A stretch of 62,906 nucleotides of DNA, filler included, from Octopus bimaculoides (Eukaryota): the NCBI RefSeq assembly GCF_001194135.2. It is 7 parts of 7 records of this genome, joined end to end, with 100 filler letters (N's around TTAATTAATTAA, not from the genome) between each part and the next. Parts side by side here need not be neighbours in the genome. Positions count along the whole stretch, not along the records: positions 45,730 to 53,826 come from NC_068987.1; positions 53,927 to 62,906 come from NW_026384443.1; 5 more parts are not named here. One strand, given 5' to 3'. This document shows positions 50,517 through 62,906 of the stretch, in pieces. Each line of letters starts with the position of its first letter. The first letter of the stretch is position 1. Below the pieces are notes generated by a model. It was not told where the DNA came from, searched no databases, and saw only the letters and a list, made by a program, of their open reading frames with translations. The position numbers and the translations under genes are program-made.

Positions 50517-52183
50517 ACTTATATATGAAATATGTCGACTACTCTCTATTGTTTTGAGGTGAACAGACACGTCCGGTTTGCGGTTGCTGCATAAAAGGCG
50601 TGGAAACGAATCGAGCAAGGGTTAAGTTGAGAATAACATGAAGAATAGCATTCCAACCGTTCCACCGATACCATCGCATTTATATCCTAGACAATCTGCG
50701 CCGAGTACTACTTTGGAATTTAAGTATTAATTTCTAAGACAGTACGGCGGTGTGCTTTTCAGGACTGTTGATATTTGTAAATATGTGAGTGACTGCATAG
50801 AAGCACATATAACATCCCCACCTCTCTCTCTATGAGTGTGTGTCTATTTTTCTTTCTATGTTATTAGCTTTCAAATTCTGCTGAATCTGACTTTGTTTTC
50901 ATATCTTAAGGGGTTATAAATAAAGAGTAATATAATAAGATACACCTTACACTATCATACCAGATATGTACATTGTTAAAAAGGGGTTTGAATAACAGTC
51001 GACTAGTGGACCACACATTTTAAAATAAAGGGATGTTTCTTAAAAGCCTGAAATATGCTAAATGATGACAAAATAGAATTTGTGACATTTCTTTCTTATC
51101 CAAGGGTTTGACAAAAGATTGTAATATTTCTCTGGTGGCGCTAACAAGGGAGGTGCCTCTACATGGTCAGTCTCCCATTGCAAGCTGTAGTAATCAAATC
51201 ACTGCTAACCATGTTTAAATTAAAAAAAAAAAACAGAATAAAATTTAATGTACATAAAAAGCGATAATGATTAAAGAATAACTGTGTACATGAGATAAAA
51301 GAATATTGTTTTAAGTGAATTACTGATTTAGAAAGAAATCAAAGAAAAGAAGAAAATATGAAGAAAAAAAGAACGACTATGTGGGAAGGGAAGTTTCTAG
51401 ATAATGGAAGATAAGGACTTATATATAAGCACAATTTACACAAACAAATATATTTTCTATACATTTTTAAGCTGCTACCAATTATGTTTCTGTATGGAAG
51501 GCAAATTATTAAAACACTTCATCAAAATGCAGTCAGAATACGAACAAATCTGATACCATTTATCAGCATTATAGGTTTCAGTATCCTTATGTATTTATGC
51601 ATTTCTGTCTTTACCTGTCCATTTGTTCACACAGCAGTCTAACTCCAATCGTGTTTGACCCCCAATATGGCATAACGACGTAAAAGCACTTCGTACGGCA
51701 AGTTTCGTTCAAATAGCTTAATGAGAACAACAATAAGATGTACAAGAACAAGACCTCCATAAACGCACATCACCTACATGTATATCCATATACGTACATG
51801 TATGCATACATACATGCATACAACCATACATGCATGCATGCGCGTATGTATGTATATGGGTGGTTGTGTGTCTCACAATATGCGTGCTTGTCTCCAATTG
51901 TGAATAGATTCATTTCGTCTTGTTCATTGATTATCTCATTCCCAGTGAATTGAAACATTTTCGCGGTGATAAAGCCGCTAAATAGTCCAAGATATCGGTT
52001 TTATTACGGTCATTTATCTCGCTTACACTATGCATCTTCGTTTATTACGTTGGACGCTCAGGAAATTATTTGGAATTCGATAAGAATGGCAAGATAATAG
52101 ATAAGAATCGATTCCAAAACATCCATACTTCGTAGACAACACTATGGACTAAAGTTATTTGAACGTTTGCAATGCACACACAT

Positions 52184-52216
<33 letters not shown>

Positions 52217-53197
52217 NNNNNNNNNNNNNNNNNNNNNNNNNNNNNNNNNNNNNNNNNNNNNNNNNNNNNNNNNNNNNNNNNNNNNNNNNNNNNNNNNNNN
52301 NNNNNNNNNNNNNNNNNNNNNNNNNNNNNNNNNNNNNNNNNNNNNNNNNNNNNNNNNNNNNNNNNNNNNNNNNNNNNNNNNNNNNNNNNNNNNNNNNNNN
52401 NNNNNNNNNNNNNNNNNNNNNNNNNNNNNNNNNNNNNNNNNNNNNNNNNNNNNNNNNNNNNNNNNNNNNNNNNNNNNNNNNNNNNNNNNNNNNNNNNNNN
52501 NNNNNNNNNNNNNNNNNNNNNNNNNNNNNNNNNNNNNNNNNNNNNNNNNNNNNNNNNNNNNNNNNNNNNNNNNNNNNNNNNNNNNNNNNNNNNNNNNNNN
52601 NNNNNNNNNNNNNNNNNNNNNNNNNNNNNNNNNNNNNNNNNNNNNNNATATATAAAGAAAATAAGCTATCTTGTTTCAACTTGTATAGATTACTCTGGAA
52701 TACAAAGGGCAGTTGATAAATATCGTTTTAAGCGATTTATATATGATGTCACTTAGTGCGAATCTGCGTTTTATTTTTAAGTAGTAACTGTTTTGATTTT
52801 ATAGAGACGTCATCTAAATATAATGTTTCCGTGTATCTATATAACATATTCGTCATCATATCATCTCAATCTATCAAATGACTAAGAGGGTACAGCCCTC
52901 CATCCTACACTTGATTGATGACTTAAAGTGTCAAGATTTTTCTGATTAAATGCAATTTGCTGTAATTTTCTTAAAACTCCATCCAGTTCTGGTCCCGATT
53001 TTCTATATTCAGCTCACATCTACAAATGCAATATTTGGGTATCGACAGTCTTGTATCCTGTGTGATTCGGTGTTTCGTATCTTACACCATACACCCACTT
53101 CCAGATGACCCAACCAATGCCGCTCAAACCCAGAATTGTCTCCAAGAGTCTTTTTGTTGACACCACTAATCATAGCTTTTCAGTCAGAGCCATATGC

Positions 53198-53400
53198 GGA
53201 GACGCGTGGTTTAAGGGTTAGGCTGTTCAACACATTATAAGATTGTGGTTTCGATTCCCGCACTGGGCGACGTGTTGTGTTCTTGAGCAAAATACTTCCA
53301 CACTGTTTCAGTCCACACCGCTGGCAAAAGTAAGTAATCCTGCGACCGACCGGTGTGCTATCCAGCGGGGAATAAATGCGCCTCGGAAACCATAAACCTA
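53198..53400 (+). mobile_element. SINE family D
   Basis: Colinear with the 18063-18213 copy. Confidence 0.8.
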
Positions 53401-53774
53401 TGAGTCTATATGACTCTCGAGAGAGTTTTATATCTAGTCAAAGCCATTTAGACTCTTTCTCATCAGCATCTACGTTGTTTTTAATAGCTTATCTCCTGCT
53501 CATATCTATTACGCACTATGACTTGTAAACGGTACGACCTGTAAACACTCGATGCCAACCTCTCTTAATAAACGTTTCGTTTCTCACCCATTTTCTCGTA
53601 GTGCTCCACCGTCTGCTGATATGTAGCGCATTTCTTGCATTGCGTCTCTTCTATCCATCCTCGCTCCAAAGGCACAACTAACTTCTGTAGGATTAAAGGC
53701 CTTGTCGACTTGGAAAACAACAGGATGGAATAACCCATTGAGTTTAGAATAACTCACGAAACTACATATACCCT

Positions 53775-53814
<40 letters not shown>

Positions 53815-56446
53815 AGTATATATATANNNNNNNNNNNNNNNNNNNNNNNNNNNNNNNNNNNNNNNNNNNNTTAATTAATTAANNNNNNNNNNNNNNNNNN
53901 NNNNNNNNNNNNNNNNNNNNNNNNNNTACGAAGGAGCAGTGTGGGGGAAGAGAAAGAGGTCGGCGGTCGATAATAAACTAGTATCAAAAAGAAGTACCAG
54001 TTGTATACTCGTGTTGGCTTGAGTGGACAGAGGGGCGGGGTGGGGTGGACAAGGGATCTAAAAAGGATTGTAATTAGCTTTCTCTCTCTCTCTCTCTCTA
54101 TCACTCTTTTACTAGAAGGGTAAACGTTTATCTTCTTTTAAGCATTATCGTTTGTGTGTGTGTGTGTATGTGTTAGTGTGTGTGCGTGCGATTGTTGTTA
54201 AGTGTAGGTAGTCGCTATTGAAGTTTGATCAAGCGAGGTTTTAATAAAAACGCATTTCGGCTGCGACCATAACTAATATTGTGTTTTTTTGTTTGTTTTT
54301 TTCCCAGTCCTATTAACAGGCAGGTGTAATTAAGATAACATTAATTAACATGTACCGCCGATTATTTTTCAAAGACAGTATAGTGTGTACACGTGTGTGT
54401 GTGTGTGTGGTACGAATACGAGATAGATTTAGCTACTGTTTGTAGCGGGTCGAGCGACCACGTATATTATTCTTCCCTCGTCGTCTCAACGCGCGTATGT
54501 CTGTATATCTATATATGTATGTATGTATATATGCGTTTATGTATGCATGTGTGTTTGTACGTATGTATGTGTGTGTGCGTGTGTTTCAGTGGTGTTGTGG
54601 CCCTTTCGGTTTAGCAAGCAAAGAGACAGAGTAAAAATGGTAGAATCCGCGAAGAAGGTTCCTTTTTTTTTTTTTTTAATTTTCTGTTGTTTTTTTTTTC
54701 TCTTTTTATTTTCCCTTCCAGCTTACATCCTCGTAGGAATCGAGTTCACATCACGCCAGTTTCGTCGAGTCCAGTGACTTACTTCTTGTCGTTAATCCTT
54801 TCCTCCGAAGCGGGGGGGGGGGGAAGCCGAGAAAATAATTTATAATTTATCAGTTACTTCTTATTAATGAAATCAACTAATGAACCTGTTTCCTCGTTAG
54901 AATTTCGTGGCCTTGGTGTGGTTAAATTAGAAATAAGAGCGCAGAGTAGAGGCCTCGTGGTAAACACAGAAATAAAGGGGTCGTTAGAAAGACCAAATCC
55001 GCCGTTTACGTAGAGTTGTGAGTTCGAATCCTCGCTGAAGACAAGTTTACAAGTTGTTGATTAAACTCCGAGACAGCTGATTAAAACAGGCCTTAGATCT
55101 AAAGCATTCCAGTCGTGTCTATCACTTCTTAACTGACTCCGAAACTTCACTGTACTCCGTGGCCTTCCTTTTATTTTTACTGATGGTAAAAATATATTTC
55201 GAGCTTTAGCTGTTGTTTCTAGCAAATTTGAATGACCACGGGTAGAGAGTCGGTTGCTGTTGGTTATGTTATGTTATGTTATATAGTTAATCCAAATGTC
55301 GGGTCAACAATAATCCAGCATACCTATGATGAAAGGCGTTCCAGCTATGACCATCTCACCTTTCATTCAAACAATTTAAATTATCCAATATGTCCAAAAC
55401 AATTTCTTAAAAAAACAAAACAAAAAAAAAAGACAATAAGGTGTGATGTTTTTTTTTAAATGACGTTTTTTAAACTTGCTGCTATTTCTAGCAATTCGAG
55501 CGACCACTTAGAAGTTCACTCAGATCGTGGGGAGGGGTAATTATATATACATGTAGATATATATGTGTTGGTGTTTTTTTCTTCAGATTAAATAGTAATA
55601 ATAATAATGATGATAATAATAATGAGTGTAGATAGTGTTGTAGTTGTTTGTTGTTGATGGTATTGTTGTTGTTGTTGGTGTTAATATGATGGAGCCCTCC
55701 TTCGGTGAAGCTCGCCTGTGCAGACATCCATGTTGCTGCCTCGTTTGACAGTAATAAAATACTATAAACTACGAAAAGTAGACTGGTGGCTGACTGGTGG
55801 TTGGCTGGTCGGTCGGTCGGTCGCTGGTTGGGAGAGGGAGGAAGTGAGTGAACGAGAGAGAGAGGGAGTGATTGAAGAAGAGAGAGGGTGGCAGTGGCGA
55901 TGGTGGTGGTGGTGGTGGTGGAGGTGGTGGATGTATTAGAAGCGGTGATGGTGGTGCTGGTGGTGATGGAAGTGGTGGTAGTGGTGGTGATGAGTAAGGG
56001 AGTGTGAAAGCGAAGAGTGAGTGAGTGAGTGAGTGACTGAGTTAGAGAGTGAACGAGTGAGAGAGAGAGAGAGAGAGGGGAAAAAGGAGGCAGGTAGGAA
56101 AGTAGGGAGGAAGGGAAGGAGGCAAGGGAGGGAGGCAGGAGTGAAAATTGTTTTGCTGTAGAAGGAGGAGGAGGAGGAGGAAAGACACGCACAAACTTAC
56201 ACAAACAGACGTACGCACACACACGCGCGTACACACACAGACACACAAACTAACACACACACACACACACATACACAAATAGATACACGCGCGAGCAAGA
56301 CAGACCAAGACAAACAGAGAAACTGTGATATATATATATATAAAAATATATACGTATGTATTCTTACATACATACACACACACACGTCACACACATACAC
56401 ACAAACACACACTCACACACACACACACACACACACAGTGTCGATG

Positions 56447-56490
<44 letters not shown>

Positions 56491-57035
56491 ATTATCTCTC
56501 TATCTATGTCTATCTATCTATCTATATATATANNNNNNNNNNNNNNNNNNNNNNNNNNNNNNNNNNNNNNNNNNNNNNNNNNNNNNNNNNNNNNNNNNNN
56601 NNNNNNNNNNNNNNNNNNNNNNNNNNNNNNNNNNNNNNNNNNNNNNNNNNNNNNNNNNNNNNNNNNNNNNNNNNNNNNNNNNNNNNNNNNNNNNNNNNNN
56701 NNNNNNNNNNNNNNNNNNNNNNNNNNNNNNNNNNNNNNNNNNNNNNNNNNNNNNNNNNNNNNNNNNNNNNNNNNNNNNNNNNNNNNNNNNNNNNNNNNNN
56801 NNNNNNNNNNNNNNNNNNNNNNNNNNNNNNNNNNNNNNNNNNNNNNNNNNNNNNNNNNNNNNNNNNNNNNNNNNNNNNNNNNNNNNNNNNNNNNNNNNNN
56901 NNNNNNNNNNNNNNNNNNNNNNNNNNNNNNNNNNNNNNNNNNNNTATATATGTAAACGCAGACACATATACACAAACACACACACACACACACTTAGGTA
57001 TACAGGAGAGAAAGAAAGAAAGAAAGAAAGTGAAC

Positions 57036-57070
<35 letters not shown>

Positions 57071-57294
57071 GCAGAGCTGGAGTATGCGGTGAGGTAAACT
57101 TGTGGTGGTGGTGGTGGTGGCGGTAGACAACCAACAACAGAGACGTTCTCAATAGTGTGTGTGTGTGTGTGTGCGTGTATATAGGTGCACCTGTATAACT
57201 ACGTATATATGTGTCTATGTGTGCATTTAACTCTCACTGTATGAGGTTACATGTATTATGTGTATGTGTTTATTTATATATTTCTACATGTAAA

Positions 57295-57333
<39 letters not shown>

Positions 57334-57544
57334 CATACACACATTTACAAGCATGTCTATATGTATTGTATGTTTGTCACTCTGTGTTTATATGTGTGTG
57401 CGTGTGTGTGTGTGTAGCGAGAAGGGATAACCCGATATAACAGTTACTCTTTGTTGTGTGTGTGTGTGTGTGTGTAAGGATGTGAGAAAGAGTGTAACGT
57501 GTATGTATAGAAATATTTCTGTTACAAGCGTGTATGTATATAGA

Positions 57545-57567
57545 TGCAGGTATGTATTATCTATCTC

Positions 57568-57614
<47 letters not shown>

Positions 57615-57707
57615 GTCTATCTATCTATCTGTCTATCTATCTCTGTGTCTGTCTATGCATGTATGTATGTATCTATCTATCTACTTATCTATCTACTTAT
57701 TTCTCTG

Positions 57708-57742
<35 letters not shown>

Positions 57743-57826
57743 TTATCTATGTGTCCATTTGTCTATCCATCTATCTATCTATCCATCCATCTATCTGTCC
57801 ATCTATCTATCTGTCCATCTATTATT

Positions 57827-57868
<42 letters not shown>

Positions 57869-57985
57869 TTATCTATCTATCTGTCCATATCTATTTATCT
57901 CTCTCTCTCTCTATCTGCTTATCTCTCTCTCTGCGTCTACCTACCTATCTATGTGTCTGTCTGTCTGTCCGTCTGCTATACTCAC
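57545..57985. repeat. Compound (TCTA)n/(TCTG)n/(TCCA)n microsatellite; similar arrays at 3165-3243, 20910-21190, 21460-21605 and 58760-58910
   Basis: Direct reading. Confidence 0.95.
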
Positions 57986-58212
57986 AAATATCATAGTACA
58001 CGGTTACATGTGTGTGGTGAAGAACGGGGGAAGGGCACGACGTCGGCATAAGTGTACTGGAGGTGAGGGGACGGGGCGCGGGTTAGAAGGTTGCGTCGGC
58101 ACAAGAAACAGTGCGCGTGTGTGTGTGTGTGTGTCTGTGCGTGTATGTATGTGTGTAGTTAAATGGTTATGGTGCCTTTGTTTGTCTTGGAGGAGAAACA
58201 GAGATGGCGTAT

Positions 58213-58246
<34 letters not shown>

Positions 58247-58807
58247 CAAAGAGACAGAAAGAGAGAAAGACGAAGTGGGAGAGAGGGAGAGAATCTTGAG
58301 TGTGTGTACGTGTGTGTATGTGTGTATGAATGTATGTGTGTGTGTGTATGTAAGAAGGGTAATAGTGTAACTACGTCTTTAACGCGTAATCCGTGGAAGA
58401 AAAAAATTGTATGTGTGTGTGTGTGTGTGTGACTGCTGTGAGGACGGTTGTACGGGGAAACACTGCTGAAAGGGTTAACTTACTCGGAAAAGGGGAAAGT
58501 GGTGTGTGTATGTGTGCATATACACATATANNNNNNNNNNTATATATATATATAAAACAATATGTGCGCGCGCACACACGCACACACACATTACAGTGTG
58601 TGTGTATATAAAAATTTATATATAAATAAATGAATGTATGTGTGTTTGTATATATATATATGTATACATATGTGTATGTGTGTGTATGTATATATATATA
58701 TATATGTATATATAGATGAACACATACACACATACAAACATATATATACTCTGATTTATAGCTAGTTAGCTAGACAGACAGGCAGGCAAATAGATAGACA
58801 GGCAGAC

Positions 58808-58864
<57 letters not shown>

Positions 58865-58865
58865 A

Positions 58866-58906
<41 letters not shown>

Positions 58907-58995
58907 CATGGAGTACGAGACGAAAAAAAAGGAATCCCGAAAGTGGTAACGTAGGTTAAGAGGGAAAGCAGAGCAAGAAAGAGTACATACGAACA

Positions 58996-59028
<33 letters not shown>

Positions 59029-59388
59029 TTATATAAGTATGTACATATATGTATAGATATGTGTGTGTGTACATACACACACACATACAAACATTGTAGT
59101 TTCCTTTACAAAGCTCGTCTACAGGTATCCGCTAACAAATGCTACCATACAGTGAAATGAAACATATAATTGGATATGCGTTTGGGAATTCTTCGATATT
59201 CCGCACAGTCTATCATAAGAAAAAAAAATGATTTAAAAAATAGATTAAAAATAAATTAAGCAACACGCTTTATTGCATGACATTACAATTGTTTCAACGT
59301 CAAAACAATTGTACTGCTATGCAATAAAGCGTGTTGTTCGTTCCATTTTCTATTATTCATATTCACACACACACACACACAAACACAC

Positions 59389-59441
<53 letters not shown>

Positions 59442-60861
59442 TATATATANNNNNNNNNNNNNNNNNNNNNNNNNNNNNNNNNNNNNNNNNNNNNNNNNNN
59501 NNNNNNNNNNNNNNNNNNNNNNNNNNNNNNNNNNNNNNNNNNNNNNNNNNNNNNNNNNNNNNNNNNNNNNNNNNNNNNNNNNNNNNNNNNNNNNNNNNNN
59601 NNNNNNNNNNNNNNNNNNNNNNNNNNNNNNNNNNNNNNNNNNNNNNNNNNNNNNNNNNNNNNNNNNNNNNNNNNNNNNNNNNNNNNNNNNNNNNNNNNNN
59701 NNNNNNNNNNNNNNNNNNNNNNNNNNNNNNNNNNNNNNNNNNNNNNNNNNNNNNNNNNNNNNNNNNNNNNNNNNNNNNNNNNNNNNNNNNNNNNNNNNNN
59801 NNNNNNNNNNNNNNNNNNNNNNNNNNNNNNNNNNNNNNNNNNNNNNNNNNNNNNNNNNNNNNNNNNNNNNNNNNNNNNNNNNNNNNNNNNNNNNNNNNNN
59901 NNNNNNNNNNNNNNNNNNNNNNNNNNNNNNNNNNNNNNNNNNNNNNNNNNNNNNNNNNNNNNNNNNNNNNNNNNNNNNNNNNNNNNNNNNNNNNNNNNNN
60001 NNNNNNNNNNNNNNNNNNNNNNNNNNNNNNNNNNNNNNNNNNNNNNNNNNNNNNNNNNNNNNNNNNNNNNNNNNNNNNNNNNNNNNNNNNNNNNNNNNNN
60101 NNNNNNNNNNNNNNNNNNNNNNNNNNNNNNNNNNNNNNNNNNNNNNNNNNNNNNNNNNNNNNNNNNNNNNNNNNNNNNNNNNNNNNNNNNNNNNNNNNNN
60201 NNNNNNNNNNNNNNNNNNNNNNNNNNNNNNNNNNNNNNNNNNNNNNNNNNNNNNNNNNNNNNNNNNNNNNNNNNNNNNNNNNNNNGTTTCGGCTGGTTAA
60301 TCTTGAGACTGCTATAATCTGGCCGGCCGCAAGGAAATCTAAGCTAGGAGCACTAGATTCTTTGGAAGAAAGAAAGCGAATGTATACGAAAACAAGGGCG
60401 AAAAGAAAAGAAACGTAGAAATGGTACACAATTACAAATACAAACAACAGGTGTCTTTCGACTAAGGACGAATTAAATTAAGCTGGCGTGTGTGGAAGTG
60501 AAAGCCTTACGGCAGGGACATAGATGTTGAAAGTCACGGGAAGAAATACGAGAGATGCTGCACGGCTGGTAGTCGAACCAAGAAAGAAAGATCAGGCTTG
60601 GCAGAACACTGGTCACACGAATGGACAAATGAAAGGAAAGAAACACTCAACACAATTAGTAAGATCTACATATATATTAACATTTAAAAACAGTTTGATT
60701 CAAACTGTTTTTACAGTGTGTGTGTGTGTGTGTGTGTGTGTGTATTGCAGATAAGAAAGTAAATTTCGAACGCCTTAAAGCTATAAGGACAGCAGAGAAA
60801 GATTGGGTATATATTCTAATAAGACGGAGAAAAGTTACCATATATTAATATAATCTGAGTA

Positions 60862-61847
60862 CAGAGCAACCTCGGTTCTCGACCATAATTTGTTCCGAAA
60901 GTCTGTTCGAAAACCGAATTGTTCGAGAACCGAATCATTTTTTTTCCCGTTACAATTAATGTGAAAAGAGATTCATTCGTTTCCAAGCACCGAATGAATG
61001 CTTATTTACATACTTACACTATCTATTTTAGTAAATAAACTATAAATAACACACAAAAGGGTGTTATTTCTTAAAAGGGGAGTCCCCTTCCACAAAACCT
61101 TCTGGTAACTGTCTTCAGGGGTTTCTTCCCTTCTCTGTCTCTTTGACTCAGGTAAATCTTTCTCTGGGGTTTCTTTTCTTTTTTCTTACAGCAAAAACCT
61201 GTCCAATGTTAGTTGTCTTTGCCTGCGTTGTAAAATGTTTCTAAAATGAGACATGACTTTGTCATTGAAAAGGTTTGCTGCTCTATTTGCTGCCACTGTA
61301 TCAGAGTGATATTTTACCCCATTTAGCACAAATGTCTTTGATTAAAGAACTTGGGACACCCTCCTTTCCTTTCTTTCTCCTCAGAAGCCATTTCCTCAGC
61401 CAAAGTCTTTTGCTGTTCCTCTTGAAGGTGTACTAACTCTGCAGTGGTAATCTCAGTACGGTGGTCTTCCACCAGCTCTTCAATATCTTCACTGTCGACA
61501 TCCAAGCCCATAGCTTTTCCCATAGAGACAATATAATCAAAACAGCAATTTCCTCGACAGCAGCAGTACTTGTAGCTGCCCCAAACCCTTCAAAGCCTCG
61601 TTCTGGTACACAGTCTGGCCAATGTTTCCTCTATGCTGAATTCATGGTTCTGTAACTCACTTGGTTCCATACATTATCAATAAAATTAACACAATTCAGG
61701 ATATTGAAATAATATTTCCAAAATTCTCTGAGAATTAACTGAGTGTCATTATTGACTTGAAAGCACTTTCGAAACAGGGCTTTTGTGTAAAGTTTCTTAA
61801 AGTTTGTAATGACCTGTTGGTCCATTGGTTGTATTAGAGGAGTTGTG
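60862..61847 (-). mobile_element. Tigger/pogo-like DNA transposon 3' fragment
   Basis: TA|CAGAGCAACCTCGGTTCTCGA terminus with repeated GTTCGAGAACCGA motifs. Minus-strand TTPLIQPMDQQVITNFK (third catalytic D), MGLDVDSEDIEELV, NLFND..HFR.ILQRRQ..LDRF. Truncated by family-E repeat at 61848. Confidence 0.85.
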
Positions 61848-62030
61848 CGTATATGCATATATACGTACATGTATGTACATACCTACATCTACCTGTATAT
61901 ATAGATGCATATCTGGGTACAGGACATTGCAAACAAAACGTAGACAAAATGATAAACAGAGTACAGAAAACACACAGGCCACATAGAGAACATTTCCTTC
62001 ATCAGCTGCCACCATTCTAACACTAGCGTT
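61848..62030 (-). mobile_element. Interspersed repeat family E, inserted at the Tigger truncation point
   Basis: Reverse-complement match to 42150-42345. Confidence 0.8.
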
Positions 62031-62906
62031 ATATATATATATATATATCCAAAATTACAGGTAAAAACTCAATTAAAATCAATTTATAAAAAATTAAAAT
62101 TAAATTGAGCTTTATAGNNNNNNNNNNNNNNNNNNNNNNNNNNNNNNNNNNNNNNNNNNNNNNNNNNNNNNNNNNNNNNNNNNNNNNNNNNNNNNNNNNN
62201 NNNNNNNNNNNNNNNNNNNNNNNNNNNNNNNNNNNNNNNNNNNNNNNNNNNNNNNNNNNNNNNNNNNNNNNNNNNNNNNNNNNNNNNNNNNNNNNNNNNN
62301 NNNNNNNNNNNNNNNNNNNNNNNNNNNNNNNNNNNNNNNNNNNNNNNNNNNNNNNNNNNNNNNNNNNNNNNNNNNNNNNNNNNNNNNNNNNNNNNNNNNN
62401 NNNNNNNNNNNNNNNNNNNNNNNNNNNNNNNNNNNNNNNNNNNNNNNNNNNNNNNNNNNNNNNNNNNNNNNNNNNNNNNNNNNNNNNNNNNNNNNNNNNN
62501 NNNNNNNNNNNNNNNNNNNNNNNNNNNNNNNNNNNNNNNNNNNNNNNNNNNNNNNNNNNNNNNNNNAGACGTTTGAAAAGATACAAAATATATCGTTTGT
62601 ATTAAATATATCTTTGTATCTTTTTGTATCTTTTCATTTGTCTTGCTTGAGAACAATCTTTTCTTAGTGGTCAGACCATAGGTGGTCTTCTTCTAGCAAA
62701 TCGGATGTCCACTTAGTGGTCAACCCTCTTATATGTATGTAATATAATTTTTCTGAATCTTCGGATATTTTCAATTTGCTAGGCCACTGGCTCTAAATTG
62801 ATATTAATCAAATCAAATTAATATTCAATTTTCACCCCTATAATTGAAATCTAAATCTATATATATATAGTTTTAGGGAAAAGAACCAAGGTTCATGAAC
62901 TCATCG

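Noticed and set aside
55488-56246. 252-aa minus-strand ORF with poly-T, poly-N and poly-P runs
   Set aside because: Built from simple repeats; no domain signal.

Overview
Gappy (25 N-runs), AT-rich, microsatellite-saturated animal genomic DNA. The SINE families and (TA)/(CA)/(TATC) landscape match what I recall of Octopus; this is an inference, not a database result. I find no confidently supported host protein-coding gene, and almost all listed ORFs are microsatellite or N-gap artefacts. Recognisable content is transposable: four tRNA-headed SINE families in many copies, a decayed hAT (Buster/SPIN-like) transposon with an apparent 5'UTR intron, two fold-back mariner derivatives each built from two 5' ends, three R4/Dong-clade LINE pieces (two stacked head-to-tail at one TAA microsatellite), a Penelope-like RT fragment, a Tigger/pogo 3' fragment and a piggyBac-type MITE. 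The most notable signals are two unrelated type I hammerhead ribozyme folds with full catalytic cores (8692-8746 + and 50427-50516 -). The first sits inside a 1.4-copy tandem of a 480-bp non-coding unit inserted in (TA)n, the architecture expected of a non-LTR retrozyme or Penelope pLTR. Several long palindromes carry what look like decayed hammerhead cores. Six 44N-TTAATTAATTAA-44N blocks are scaffolding linkers, so adjacency across them is unverified.
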